From Peribolospora baueri (Eukaryota), in the NCBI GenBank assembly GCA_029717555.1, contig JAMDHS010000044.1, forward strand, positions 124,001-177,287: a DNA stretch of 53,287 bases. Direction: 5' to 3'. The first letter of the stretch is position 1, and every line of letters starts with the position of its first letter. The notes beneath the pieces were generated by a model that was given only the letters and a program-made list of their open reading frames with translations, did no database searches and was not told where the DNA came from. This document shows, piece by piece, positions 11,573 through 22,312 of the stretch. The translations under genes and the position numbers were made by a program.

Positions 11573-12988
11573 ATGTTTTCCATCATCACCCCTCCACCCG
11601 CTCCTCTCCCTTCTTCTTCCAATCACTACAACGGCCGGTACGTCGACGACCACGGTTTGCGCGATGAGGACGCGATGGACCTGGACGCAGCCGGGCTTGC
11701 CGGAGACGGATACCTGGTCGACGCCTTTGACGAAGAGGACGTCGATGGCGCGGGGGGAAGCGGAGCGATGGCAGCGCCGGGCGAGGTCGTGACGAGCGCG
11801 ACGGCGTTCATGAGAGGTCATGGCACGTTTGTCGAGGACGATCAGGTCGTCTCCTCCCTCGCCGGCACCGTCGAGCGCGTCAACAAGCTCGTCTCCGTTC
11901 GGCCCGCCAAGACGAGGTATAACCCTGAAGTGGGCGACCTCGTCGTCGGACGGATCACCGAGGTCGGACCGAGGAGGTGGAAGGTGGACGTGGGCTCGAG
12001 ACAGGATGCCGTGCTCATGTTGTCTTCCGTCAACCTGCCAGGTGGAGTGCAGGTGTGTCCGCCATACTGTCGTGTCTCATCTGGTCTCGTCTTCTTTAGC
12101 GTAGCATCCAAAACTCTTATCCATTGGATGGGCGGTCAACGCATCGCTTCCTACGTCCTCCATCTCTGGTTTATCGCAGCGACGTAAACTCGAATCGGAC
12201 GAGTTGCAAATGCGCACCTTCTTTCAAGAGGGCGACCTGCTCGTTGCAGAAGTGCAAGCTTTCTTCGGAGACGGCTCGGTGAGCTTGCACACGAGGAGCT
12301 TGCGATACGGAAAGGTCAGTCCCTCGTCATTCTATCCTTTCTTCCTCTGGCGCGGCCTGCTCATGTCCTTTGCCTTTGCCTTTGTTGACCCATCGCCTCT
12401 CCGACAGCTTCGCAACGGCCAGCTCGTCCGCGTTCCTCCCGTGCTCATGCGCCGACTCAAGTCGCATTTCTACACCCTTCCATGCGGCGTCGACCTAATT
12501 CTTGGTCTCAACGGCTACATCTGGGTCTCCATGCACGTCGCTGCCGCCAGCGGCGAACAAGGCGGGGACGGCACCGCGGGAAAGGATGGCTTGGCGGACA
12601 AGGGTTTGGATACGGAGGGCGTGTACTCGGATACGAACGAGGTGAGTTCACATTCGTTCGCTTCCCGATTTGCGTCCCCTTAACCGAATTTTGTCCCTGC
12701 TTTTTTCCCCCTCAGTTCATCCCCTCCCAAACGCGCCTGGCCATCTCTCGCGTCTCTAACCTCATCACCCTACTCGCGCGACACAATCTACCCATCTCCG
12801 ACAGCATCGTCGCCGAGGCCTACGACGTCAGCCTTGACCTCGTGGAGGATGATCGGCTGGATGAGGACGACGGAGGAGGAGCAGACGGCGTGATGGCGCT
12901 TGGTACGGAGGGCAGGAGAACAGGAGTGAAGAAGATCCTGTCCGAGGACGTTGGCGCGCAGATCCTTGCGGCTTTGGCGGCAAGATGA
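11573..12988 (+). CDS. RRP4: Exosome complex cap subunit Rrp4
   Basis: FMRGHGTF...SSLAGTVERVNKLVSVRP...RYNPEVGDLVVGRITEV...WKVDVGSRQDAVLMLSSVNLPGGVQ|RRKLESDELQMRTFFQEGDLLVAEVQ...LHTRSLRYGK|LRNG...ILGLNGYIWV. Three introns. Confidence 0.96.
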
Positions 12989-13162
12989 TGGTGTTAATGG
13001 CGACAGTTTAAGCGAAATGATATTCCAAATGCCCACCATGAGTGCCGTGGCCACGTTGTTCAGAAACAGGTCCCTTCTATCCGAAGGTCAAACACAGATA
13101 ACAAGAAAGCGGAGAGGAAGCGGAGGAGAGGAAAAGCAAGGCGGATATAAAGCGACAGACGG

Positions 13163-15349
13163 TTACAGGTGGCTGGTCCCTCTTTCACTCTCCCTACGAA
13201 GAAGATGAGGTCCGAATTCTTTGATGCTCTTGCACCCCGCGAGGCCTCTGAAAGAAGGTCCACCATGCGTCGCGGCGATGGATGAAAAGAGACGTCATCA
13301 GCTCCCTTCCTTCCGCTTGGGCTAGCAAAGTCAAAAGAAGGGCGCTCGCAACACTCACGCGTTGAGCTCTAGATCGGCTAACAAGCCGCGCACCACGTCC
13401 CTCACGCCGTCCTGGCCGTTCACCGCGAGGCCCCACGCCCAGGGGCGCCCGATCATCACTGCGTGGGCGCCGAGGCAGAGAGCTTTCATCTGCTCGGTAG
13501 GTATGATCGAATATGAAAGAAGAGGGAAAGTTAAGAGGGCTTGCTCGCAAGATAACGGCTTCAACACCGCCCACCCAAGGCGGAAGGAGGAGCAAAGGAA
13601 CTGACGATATCAGCGCCGCACCGCACGCCAGAGTCGAAGAGGACGGTCATGCCGCGAGGACGAAGGTAAGCGGCGATGCTGGGAAGACAGTCGATCGAGG
13701 CGACGGCACTGAAGAGGAAACGCCAAAGGTTTGTGGCCAGACCGATGGGAAATGAGGAAGGGCATGTCAGAACCGCTCGTTCATTGGTGGTGCGGAAGGG
13801 AACGGACGAGGCAACGCTAGAGGAAAAAGGGCCTTACCCATCGACTTGGCGGCCGCCGTGCTGTCGGTTCGGAACACAGTATACAAACAAGCGTCCACGC
13901 CGCATCAGCTCGCCCAACGTTCGAGACTTAAAATGCTCAAAACTGAAAACTTTTCATCATGCCAGGCTAAGGTCTCACGTTGCTGACCACCACGCCTTGA
14001 ACGCCGGCTTCGTGGGCGCGTCTGAAGAAAGGGAGCAAGTTGTTGCAGGCGAGTGATGGGGGAGGAACGAACGGCGGAGGCCGGTCAGTGTTTGTTCCTC
14101 CGCTCGTATTTACTTTGGTCCACCCACGCTCCTCGCTGACTAAGGACAAAGCCAAGCCACATCCACTCACTTCGCATCTTCTAGATCCTGCACCCCCTTC
14201 AAGACGATCGGGCCGTCCCAGTCCATCCTTAACTTCTGTAGCTCCTCCCAGCTCCGACTGTTGTTCGGAGACAATTGTCCGACGGCTAACGCGGAGGCCT
14301 CCAAAAGATCTTCTAGGGAGATGTCCTTGCGGAGTGGGGACTGGCCTGAGAGGTATTTATTGACGAAGACGGCTGTGTGGAGCAAAAGGCCCTGTAGGAC
14401 GCCGTCAGGATGGGGGGGGTGGAGGGAGAGAGGAGAATGGGCGATGTGATATGATTGCAAGACAGCTCACGGTCTGAGAAGAGGTTGGCTGCAGATCGGG
14501 AGGCGCAACGGGTTAGGAAACAAAACGTCCTTCCGTACTGTGCACGATGGGCCATGTGCTTCATCGCTTCCTCGACTCACCTACGCCCTGGCCGTGGAGG
14601 AAGGGGTTGTAAGCGGTGTCGAGGTCGTTCGGTCGCCAGCCCAAGGACCAAGTGTCTAGAGTGACCACGAGCACTTTGTAGCCGGCCTTTTTGGCTCTCT
14701 GGAGCAAGCTCGAAGTGATCTCGTCGTCGTCGGGCCAGTACTGTGCGCATGTCGCAATGGACGGCGAGAAAGGCTCAGCTCGCTGGCTCGCCCGTGCTCT
14801 CCCCTCCCGGACTATCGTTGCCCTTCAAGCTCGGTGCTTTTCACCGGCAATCAAACGGCCCAACCATCTTTTAACGCTCACCAGCTGGTACCACTTGACC
14901 CCGTCCGGCACCTTTTCGGCCACCTCCTCGATGCTCCGACTGGCAGCGGTCGAATGCGTGTAGGGCACGCCTGCCTCCTCTGCCCCGGCGGCAGTAGCGC
15001 AGTCCGCATCCTCCTTGTTCAGCTGCGCCTGGACGCCGATCGGCGCGATTACGACGGGCGCCGCGACCTGCTGGCCGAAGAGACTCGTCTCCATGTCGAA
15101 GTCTTCCAGCTTGACGCCGGTCAACATGCGCGGGACGATGCGGAACCGGTCGAGGGCGCGGCGGTTCGCATCCATCGTCGAGCCGGTGGAGGCCCCACCG
15201 GCGACGTACCAGTAGGCTTGGGGGTGGAGCTTACGACGGGCGGCATCTTCGAGAGCCTTGTACGAGGTCGGCGTCGATGGCACGACGCCGGCCACGCCTT
15301 GCACGTAGATCTCACGCATGTAGAGGGATTTCGAGTCGGAGCTGGTCAT
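13163..15349 (-). CDS. FMN-dependent alpha-hydroxy acid oxidase, lactate 2-monooxygenase-like
   Basis: Motifs YVAGGA, PRML, APIGVQ, WYQL|YWP, LVVTLDT, PIVLKGVQ, the signature VVVSN|HGGRQVDG, and FDSGVR...IGRP. The last exon ends ...ERGTSHL*. Confidence 0.93.
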
Positions 15350-15656
15350 GGCGGGCGGGCGGGCGGGCGAGCGAGCAAATGGCAGGGCTGTGGTGGTGGT
15401 TGGCTGGAAAGACGACGGGCGGGGCGACGAAGAGACGAGGGCTGATATCTCAGAGCGGGCGGAGGGGGGCTTCCGGATGTAGCGTAAAAGCGGGGTAACG
15501 GACCGGCAGCCGAAATGGTTCATCCGCTAGCTAGCGATTCACCCGTTCGTTCACGGAAGAGGTCGTGATCGTTTGCAATCACAAGCAAGCAGCAACATCA
15601 CCATCGTCCCCCTTCCAAAGACAGCACGGCGACAGACAGACAGTTTATTATCTTAT

Positions 15657-18600
15657 CTAGACTAGGTTGACCGAAGCACGTGCGAGGTAGGCCGCTAGGG
15701 CGAGCCTCACTTCGTCCAGCTTCGTGAGCACCATGCGCTTCCTCCCTTCATCGAACGCGTCCGCGCCCGCCGGCTCCTCCCGACGCCCACCAACGCCGTC
15801 GCCATGGCCGTCGCCGTTCGCCCGTCGCCGCGACCCCTTCTGCCTGCCTGCCTCGCGCGCGAGAATTCGCTCCAGCGTGCCGAGGTACGTCCATGCTTCA
15901 TCCCGATGCATTTCCGAGGCCGTCACGATGTCTTCGAGGGTGCGCAGCAGATCGTACGTCTCCTCCGTGTTGAAGAGGATATCCTTGTCTGTAGTTAAAA
16001 AAAAGAGGCGAAATGAGGAGCAGAGAAGAGTCGAGACGGACTGGTTCAGTGTCGGCGTAGATCACAAAGACCGATCTATCTATCACTCAAGCGACAAATC
16101 GCGAGGAGAGGAACGATCACGCACCACGCAAAAGCGGCAAAGCATCGACGAGTAGGACGGCCCAAAACCTCCTAGGCGCCAAGTCGCTGGTGAGCAAGAC
16201 CACCAACAGGCTCGCCGCCTTCCTCTTGTCACCCATACCCATCCTTCCCACTAACCCGCCTCGCATAATTCCCTCACCTGCGCCCTCCTTCTCCCCGTCC
16301 TCGCCCTCGGTCTTTCTTCCCTCCTTCGCGACCCTGCGCAACTCGAGAAAGTCGCGATACCGAGAGAGGAAATAGAGTCGAGAGCTGAACAACCTCCGCG
16401 CTTGAGCGGTGGCGAAGACGCGCGCCTCCTCCGACTCGTCGGCCTCTGACCCCTCGATCCTTTCCATTTCCATGGATCGCCGGCTCAGGTCGCTTAGCGG
16501 CACGAAGAGGTCCGGTCGCTTTGCGCGCTCTCTGGGGTCGAGGAGAGAAGTTGGGATAGTGTTGACGAGAGACACAAACTCTTCCGGACCTGTTCGTATG
16601 GGGTAGAACAGAATTCTATTCAGCCATCGAGCTCCCGCTATACGGAACGAGGAACGCAGCGATCGTCTGGACTCTTGCTCACCTTTTTCGACATACTCAT
16701 CCAACAGCAAGTCCGCTATTCTTCCCACCCTCACCGCGTCGGTCGCTCGAACACAGTAGGCCACCGCCTGGCCGTACTCTCGTCGGAGCACGAGTGTTTC
16801 AGCCGCCATCTGAGAAAAACAAACCCAAGTGAGAACGACAAAAGAAAAAAGGAGCAATGATGAGCGGACAAGCGACCAGAAAATCCAATCCAATCGATCA
16901 AGAGCCAAACGCACCTTGCACACCTCCTTCGCCTCGTCCTCCATTTCATGTTGCATGCACACCCTCAACACCTCTTCCACCCTCTTAAGCCCTTGCGGCG
17001 TCGCCCTGCCACCTCTCGGGGACCCCTCTCGGTCTGCCGAAATACCCCAGCCCGTGGTGCTCTCAGACTTGACTTCGACCATGCTTTCGTCCACACTTTC
17101 CTCCATCCTCTCCTCCGCCTCCAATCGCGTCTTGCCCTTCTCCCCAGTCTTCAAGGCCGTCTCGTCCTCCCCCAAAAGCAGCGGCACCTTCCGAATCAGC
17201 TCGGACATCCTTGCCCGCCCCGTCGGGTGTTCCACATGGGAGAGGTAGCCGGCGTTGATCTTCCAGAGGTCTGAGTCGGAAGAGAGGAGGTCGGAGAATT
17301 CGAGGATGAAGTAATCTCGGAGGGATACGTCAAAGCTGTTGAGTGCCGAGGCGACACGAGGCATTGACGACGAGACAAGCGAAAGCACTGACGTCAACGA
17401 GATGACGAGGATACGGCAAACGGCTAGAAGACTCACCCAAGGTCAGGATCCAACCTCTTCATCTTGTCCGCAAGATCGGCCAAATGCGCAGCAAGCCACT
17501 TATCGAGTCGGTAGATTCGTGAGAGAGCCTTAAAAGTGTGCACGAAAGCCCAAAGGGTGACACGGATGAAGAAGAAGAGGCGTCGTGAGTGATTCTTGGG
17601 GAAATGAGATTGAAGCATCCATTCCAGGCAGCGTTCAGCCAAGTTCTGCTTACCACATCTATTTCGCCTTCCACCAAAGCGGCCTGGATGGCCTCGATCG
17701 GGTCGTCGCGATCGATCGGATGGTTTTTGGTAATGACACTGAGGATGGTCCTGGTAGAGGGGTTAGACGAAGTGACACCACAGCAGGTGAGTCGTCTAGG
17801 CGGCTTCCCTCGGCTCGCGGGTGCACAATGCAGAAATGCGATCACTCACGGGATCTCATCCCTCCTCAAGTTGGGCTTGACGTACAAAGCCCAACAAGAG
17901 AGGGCCTCCCTCCAATCGTTACAAGCATCCAAGACCCTTTCCTCCCTGCCCCACAGCAGTTCCAAAATGATGTTGAACTGCGCTTCGATGTCGAGAGGCT
18001 CTTGAATGAGGTCGTTGTACTCCGCTTCGGTCGGCTCGCGTCCCTTACGACGCACAAAGTGGCGGATCGTCTCCTCGTGCGCCTGGCCCATGCGAGGTTC
18101 GACTTCAAGGCGTACTTTGTGCACGCGCTCGCGCCAGGATCGGTAAGTGAGCACGATTTCATTGTCGGCCAAGTAGGACGTTTGGCGCGGAAAGGAGTCG
18201 AGGAGAGATATGATGGAGCGCGCGAGGTCGGCGATGTGAGTCGAGCGGTGCTCCGTAAGCGTCTGAAAAACCTGCATGGCCGTTCTGTGGAAGCCTCGGA
18301 CGAGGGCACTGATGAGAAAAAAGGTTCGATGATCGGGTCCAGGTCAATCAGTCACCTTGCATGAGACTGGGGCCCTCCGAACAAGACTTTATCTGAAAAG
18401 AGAGTAGGCAGCAGGGAGGGGGTCGCAATAACTCACGTCAGGACAAAGTGCTCGAATTTCGGGTGCTTGTACGGGACGGGGGCTGACATGACCTCCTCGC
18501 CCTCTTCCGTCGTCGGAGCTTGATGTGCAAAAGATCCAAGGTAGAAAGGGAGGGGATCAGGATTTCGCTTCGTTGGGAACGACGCGACGTTATGACTCGA

Positions 18601-19621
18601 TCACATGGGCGTCACGGAAGAAAGCTAGACTCACAGGGATCCCACATATTAACCCAGTGCAGCAGTTCCTCACCCACGGGCCCGGACCCGATTCCGTCTT
18701 CAGGGAGGTACAGAGTCTGAGCGAGCATGAAGATCATGAACAGCGACTGGACGTGCGCGATGGCGTCCACATCTGGTCCGTCCTCTGCGGCCTCGAGAGC
18801 AGCTAGGAAACGCCTGAGAGAATCGAGGTAGAGCCCTGCAGCGCGAGAGTAGTAGGCGGCGTGATGAGGGTCGGGAGGCCTGGGTGGTCGATCGGACAGA
18901 GGGGGGGGCCACAAGAATGAGCTCGCCGTTCGAATGTGAATGACACGCTCGAAGTACAGGTCCGACCACTCGTCGCATGTACGAAAAATGACACGGACAA
19001 AGACGGCCGGAGAATCAGACTTGCACTCACTGTGGCGCATTACGTTTGACGCTGGGCGGTGGTTCAAAGATACTCCTACCCGACCGCTTCCCTTTGAAGG
19101 TCGCCGACGTTGGATCGTCCGTCGAGATCTTCTGAACCGACTCGAAAACGGTAGATGCGTCTGCGTAAAACTGTTTTCAGGGAGGGTGAGCAACGTGGTC
19201 AGTGACCAAACCTAGTCAAGCCTGTACCAGGGCAAACAACCGCGTCGCGCATGCCAACCTTGAACGCCGCCTCCTCGACGGGGCCATACCGGGCAAAGTG
19301 CACGGCCTTGTCCTGTTCGAAAGCGGTTCCTTCCAGCTTTGGACCGTGATCGGTGATGGAGGCGCTAGATAACGTGGTGTAAGCGGCTACGGAGGTGGTG
19401 AAGGGGTGAAAGGCGGCGCCGAAAGCGCGGCCCGAGGCTGCGAAGGCGTTTCGCGGCTCCATCGTCGTGCCGGGCGCGGACGGGCGAGTGCGTCGGTCGG
19501 CCGAGACGGGAGTGGGCATGGAAGGGGAAAAGGAATGCGAAACAGGCGACGGAGAAGGGGAGGCGGATGGGGACTGAAACGGATCGGCGTGGAGAGAAGG
19601 AATGCCGTTGGGGACGGGCAT
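15657..19621 (-). CDS. NUP85: Nucleoporin Nup85
   Basis: The multi-exon model keeps frame at every junction. Motifs: LYLPEDG...PVGEELLHWVN, DWREAL, LDKWLAAHLADL, LRDYFILEF...LWKINAGYL, RLYFLSRYRDF, APRRFWAVLLVDALPLL, ETYDLLRTLEDI, VRLALAAYLAR. Confidence 0.88.
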
Positions 19622-19928
19622 GGTGCGAAGAAAGGGAAGCAAGTCCGGCCAGGCGAGGCGAGATCGGGTGGGAGTAAGGTGACGGTGGACGGCGAGCTGG
19701 ATCGGAATCAGCCGGCGAGAAAGCTGCTCGGATAGAGCGAGGCAAATATGATGAGTGTGCCTCTGTCCTAGGATTGTCGCGCTCTTTTTTCTCGTCGTCC
19801 TCGTCGTCGTCGTCGTCCGAGGCGGTCACGAGGTTGGGAAGAGGAGCAGAATCGTCGGGAGGGTTGTTCGATCGATGGCACGTGACCCGCGTCGCTCGAC
19901 GTTGCGCTCACCGCCATGGGGGGGGTTA

Positions 19929-20617
19929 TTACAGAGTGACGACCACCGTCGAAGCATACGTCGGATCATGCGACCTGTGCCAGCAAACCAAAGCCACTCG
20001 ACATCGGCTCTACGGTACATTGCAACCGCTCCCGGTTCCGGCTGGTCCTTGGCAATCACTATCTATGGATCATATCACGCAACTACCGTTTAGCAAGGGT
20101 TCGACTCGATTCTTGTCGTCGTGGACAGGCTTGATCTTTTTCGACTTTGAAGTGCTCCTCTCTGTCGACGATCTCTGGCGGAGGCAGAGGAGCGAGTGAG
20201 ACGGGACGGAGCACTTCAAAGTCGAAAAAGGTTTTGGACTCTCGTCTTCAACGCAACAAGCTCGAATATTTCGTCGATTATGAAGGCCTCGGAGTTTAAG
20301 GATGGGTTTCTGCCTCTGATCTCAGCCACGATTACGCACACCTGCTTGGCGGCAAACCTCCGTGAAGAATTTGGAAGCGAAGAGAGGTCCGCGATCAGAA
20401 ACAATGTTCAAGGAAAGAAAGTCCGGTGCCTGCTGACGATGTGGTTGAAGAACTGCGTTGCTATTTTTTGGAGTCGTCAGTGCTATTCGTAGGGATAAAG
20501 TGAGCCATCTTCGTGACCCTGTCCACAACGACAAGAATCGAGTCGAACCCCCGATCCATAGATAGTGATTGACAAGGACCAGCCGGAATTGGGAGCGGTG
20601 GTCGTCACTCCGTAACA
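19929..20617. mobile_element. Degenerate Ty3/Gypsy (chromovirus) retrotransposon relic: two integrase fragments in opposite orientation around a chromodomain fragment
   Basis: The + strand reads [15 protein letters not shown]...[25 protein letters not shown](fs)[11 protein letters not shown] and EHFKVE(fs)KVLDSRLQRNKLEYFVDYEG. The - strand reads [21 protein letters not shown]...NIVSDRGPLFASKFF. All pieces carry frameshifts or deletions. Confidence 0.92.
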
Positions 20618-21707
20618 GGCGAATGGAAGCGAAGCGGGGGTGTAAATGACTGCACGAGGACTCGAGGAGAGGCGGGGCAAAGACGACTGACTGCACGAGG
20701 AGACGCCGAAAAAGAAGCTGGACCGGTCCGGGGTCCCTGTCGCTCTCTTTCCTTCGGCGCCATGTCACGTCCACAGCGAACCCTCCAGCATGAACACATA
20801 TATGGAGCGGCGCGCCGGTTTCGGACCAACTTCAGACGGCTGTCGGGTCACGAACGGACGGACTTGGGCCGCCACTTTCACCTGTCTTCCTCTCGTGCGT
20901 GTCGCCTGCTCACGACTGATTCACTACTTCCGCTTCCTGCTCAGCAAGAAGGACGTGCGAGATGAGCCTTGGCAGGCCCGACTTGCGTCGACCCGCTCGC
21001 TGCCCGCCCGGCCCTCAGCAATCACCGTCCCAGAGCACTCGCTAGCGAGTTCACTCCTTTCCTTTCCTGAGCAGCTCACAAGCTTCACCGGTCCGGCTCG
21101 GTCCGTGAGCGCCGCCTTAAGTGGGATGTAAAGCGGGTCGTCGGCACGGAGCAAGGTAAAAGAGTTCGCACGGTGCTATGTATCTACACACAGGTGGCAC
21201 GTGACCGCATTGGCGTTTTCCGTTCTTCCATTTCCCCCTCCCTTCCGTTCTTCTTCCTTCTTCCTTCCTCTCTACAACACACCAGATGCTCCCGACCGGG
21301 GAGCCGTACGCCTCCACCCCTCCCTTCTGTCCTCCGCTCGCAGTCGCAGTCGCGCCGGCAAGAGGAGGGAAGGAGGGAAGTGACGCACAGGACGGTCGTC
21401 TACGAACGGAGCTGGTGGAGAGAAATAGACAACGCCCCGAGTCGAGCCCGGCTCGCCCCGATTGCGTTCTCCGGCCCCCTCGGGACTCGGAGCGCATGTG
21501 GGCTCGGCGGGGTGGAGCCCATCGGCCTGCTCGCTGAGGAGGACGCCGTTCGCACATCCATTGCCATTTCCATGTACGTATGTATAAATATACGCAGACC
21601 GGAAATCATCGCTTCACTTCGTTTCTCTTCACCCGACCGACTTGGCACGCGAACGGGGCCGTACGGTCTTGGCGTCAAACAAACGACATAGGGAGGGAAG
21701 TAGAAAC

Positions 21708-21742
<35 letters not shown>
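21708..21742. repeat. (GACA)n microsatellite
   Basis: About 8 tandem GACA units, downstream of the ZDS1-like stop codon. Confidence 0.9.
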
Positions 21743-21744
<2 letters not shown>

Positions 21745-22312
21745 TCGGCCGAACAGATGGATTGTTACGAGAAGAAAGAGAGCAAAACTACGAGAGAGAG
21801 AGGTCGATGGAGAGGAACGAGGACAGACACCGATAGATTTAGAGAGAGAAAAGGATGAAGGTTCATGAGGTCAAGGAGAGAAAGAGGATGGACCACCGGC
21901 ATAGCACCAGACAAACGTGCGAAAATGGATAAAAAACGCTTTGAGTGACGAACGAAGGGAGATTGGAGAGAGACGGGAGGATGAGGAGCGGTCGGTTGAA
22001 GGAAGACAAGGAGAGTGACAGGGACGGAGAGGAAGGGAATCGATGTCGACGGAGCCGCTTTCCTCCGGTCCGCTCGAATGCGAAGCTGAATGCGGGCGGG
22101 GAACGAGCACGAACCCAACCGGGGGTGGGGGAAAGAAGAACGCGCGTAGGAACAAAAATTGGGGAGCGTCTCAGGCGGGGTGATACAAGTGATGAGGCGG
22201 GGCATGTGTCGTTGGCGTTGCATGCTTGGGCGATTCAGGAGGGAAATAAAAAAAAAGACGAAAACACGAAGCAAGTATGACGGGAGGACGGGATAAACAG
22301 AGCCCCGCCCCT

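Noticed and set aside
18309..18436. Possible extra exon or nested intron in a NUP85 intron (internal TTTTCAG and AAG|GTGACT)
   Set aside because: Using the internal AG introduces an immediate stop, whereas a single intron gives a clean frame (LT|ALVRGF).
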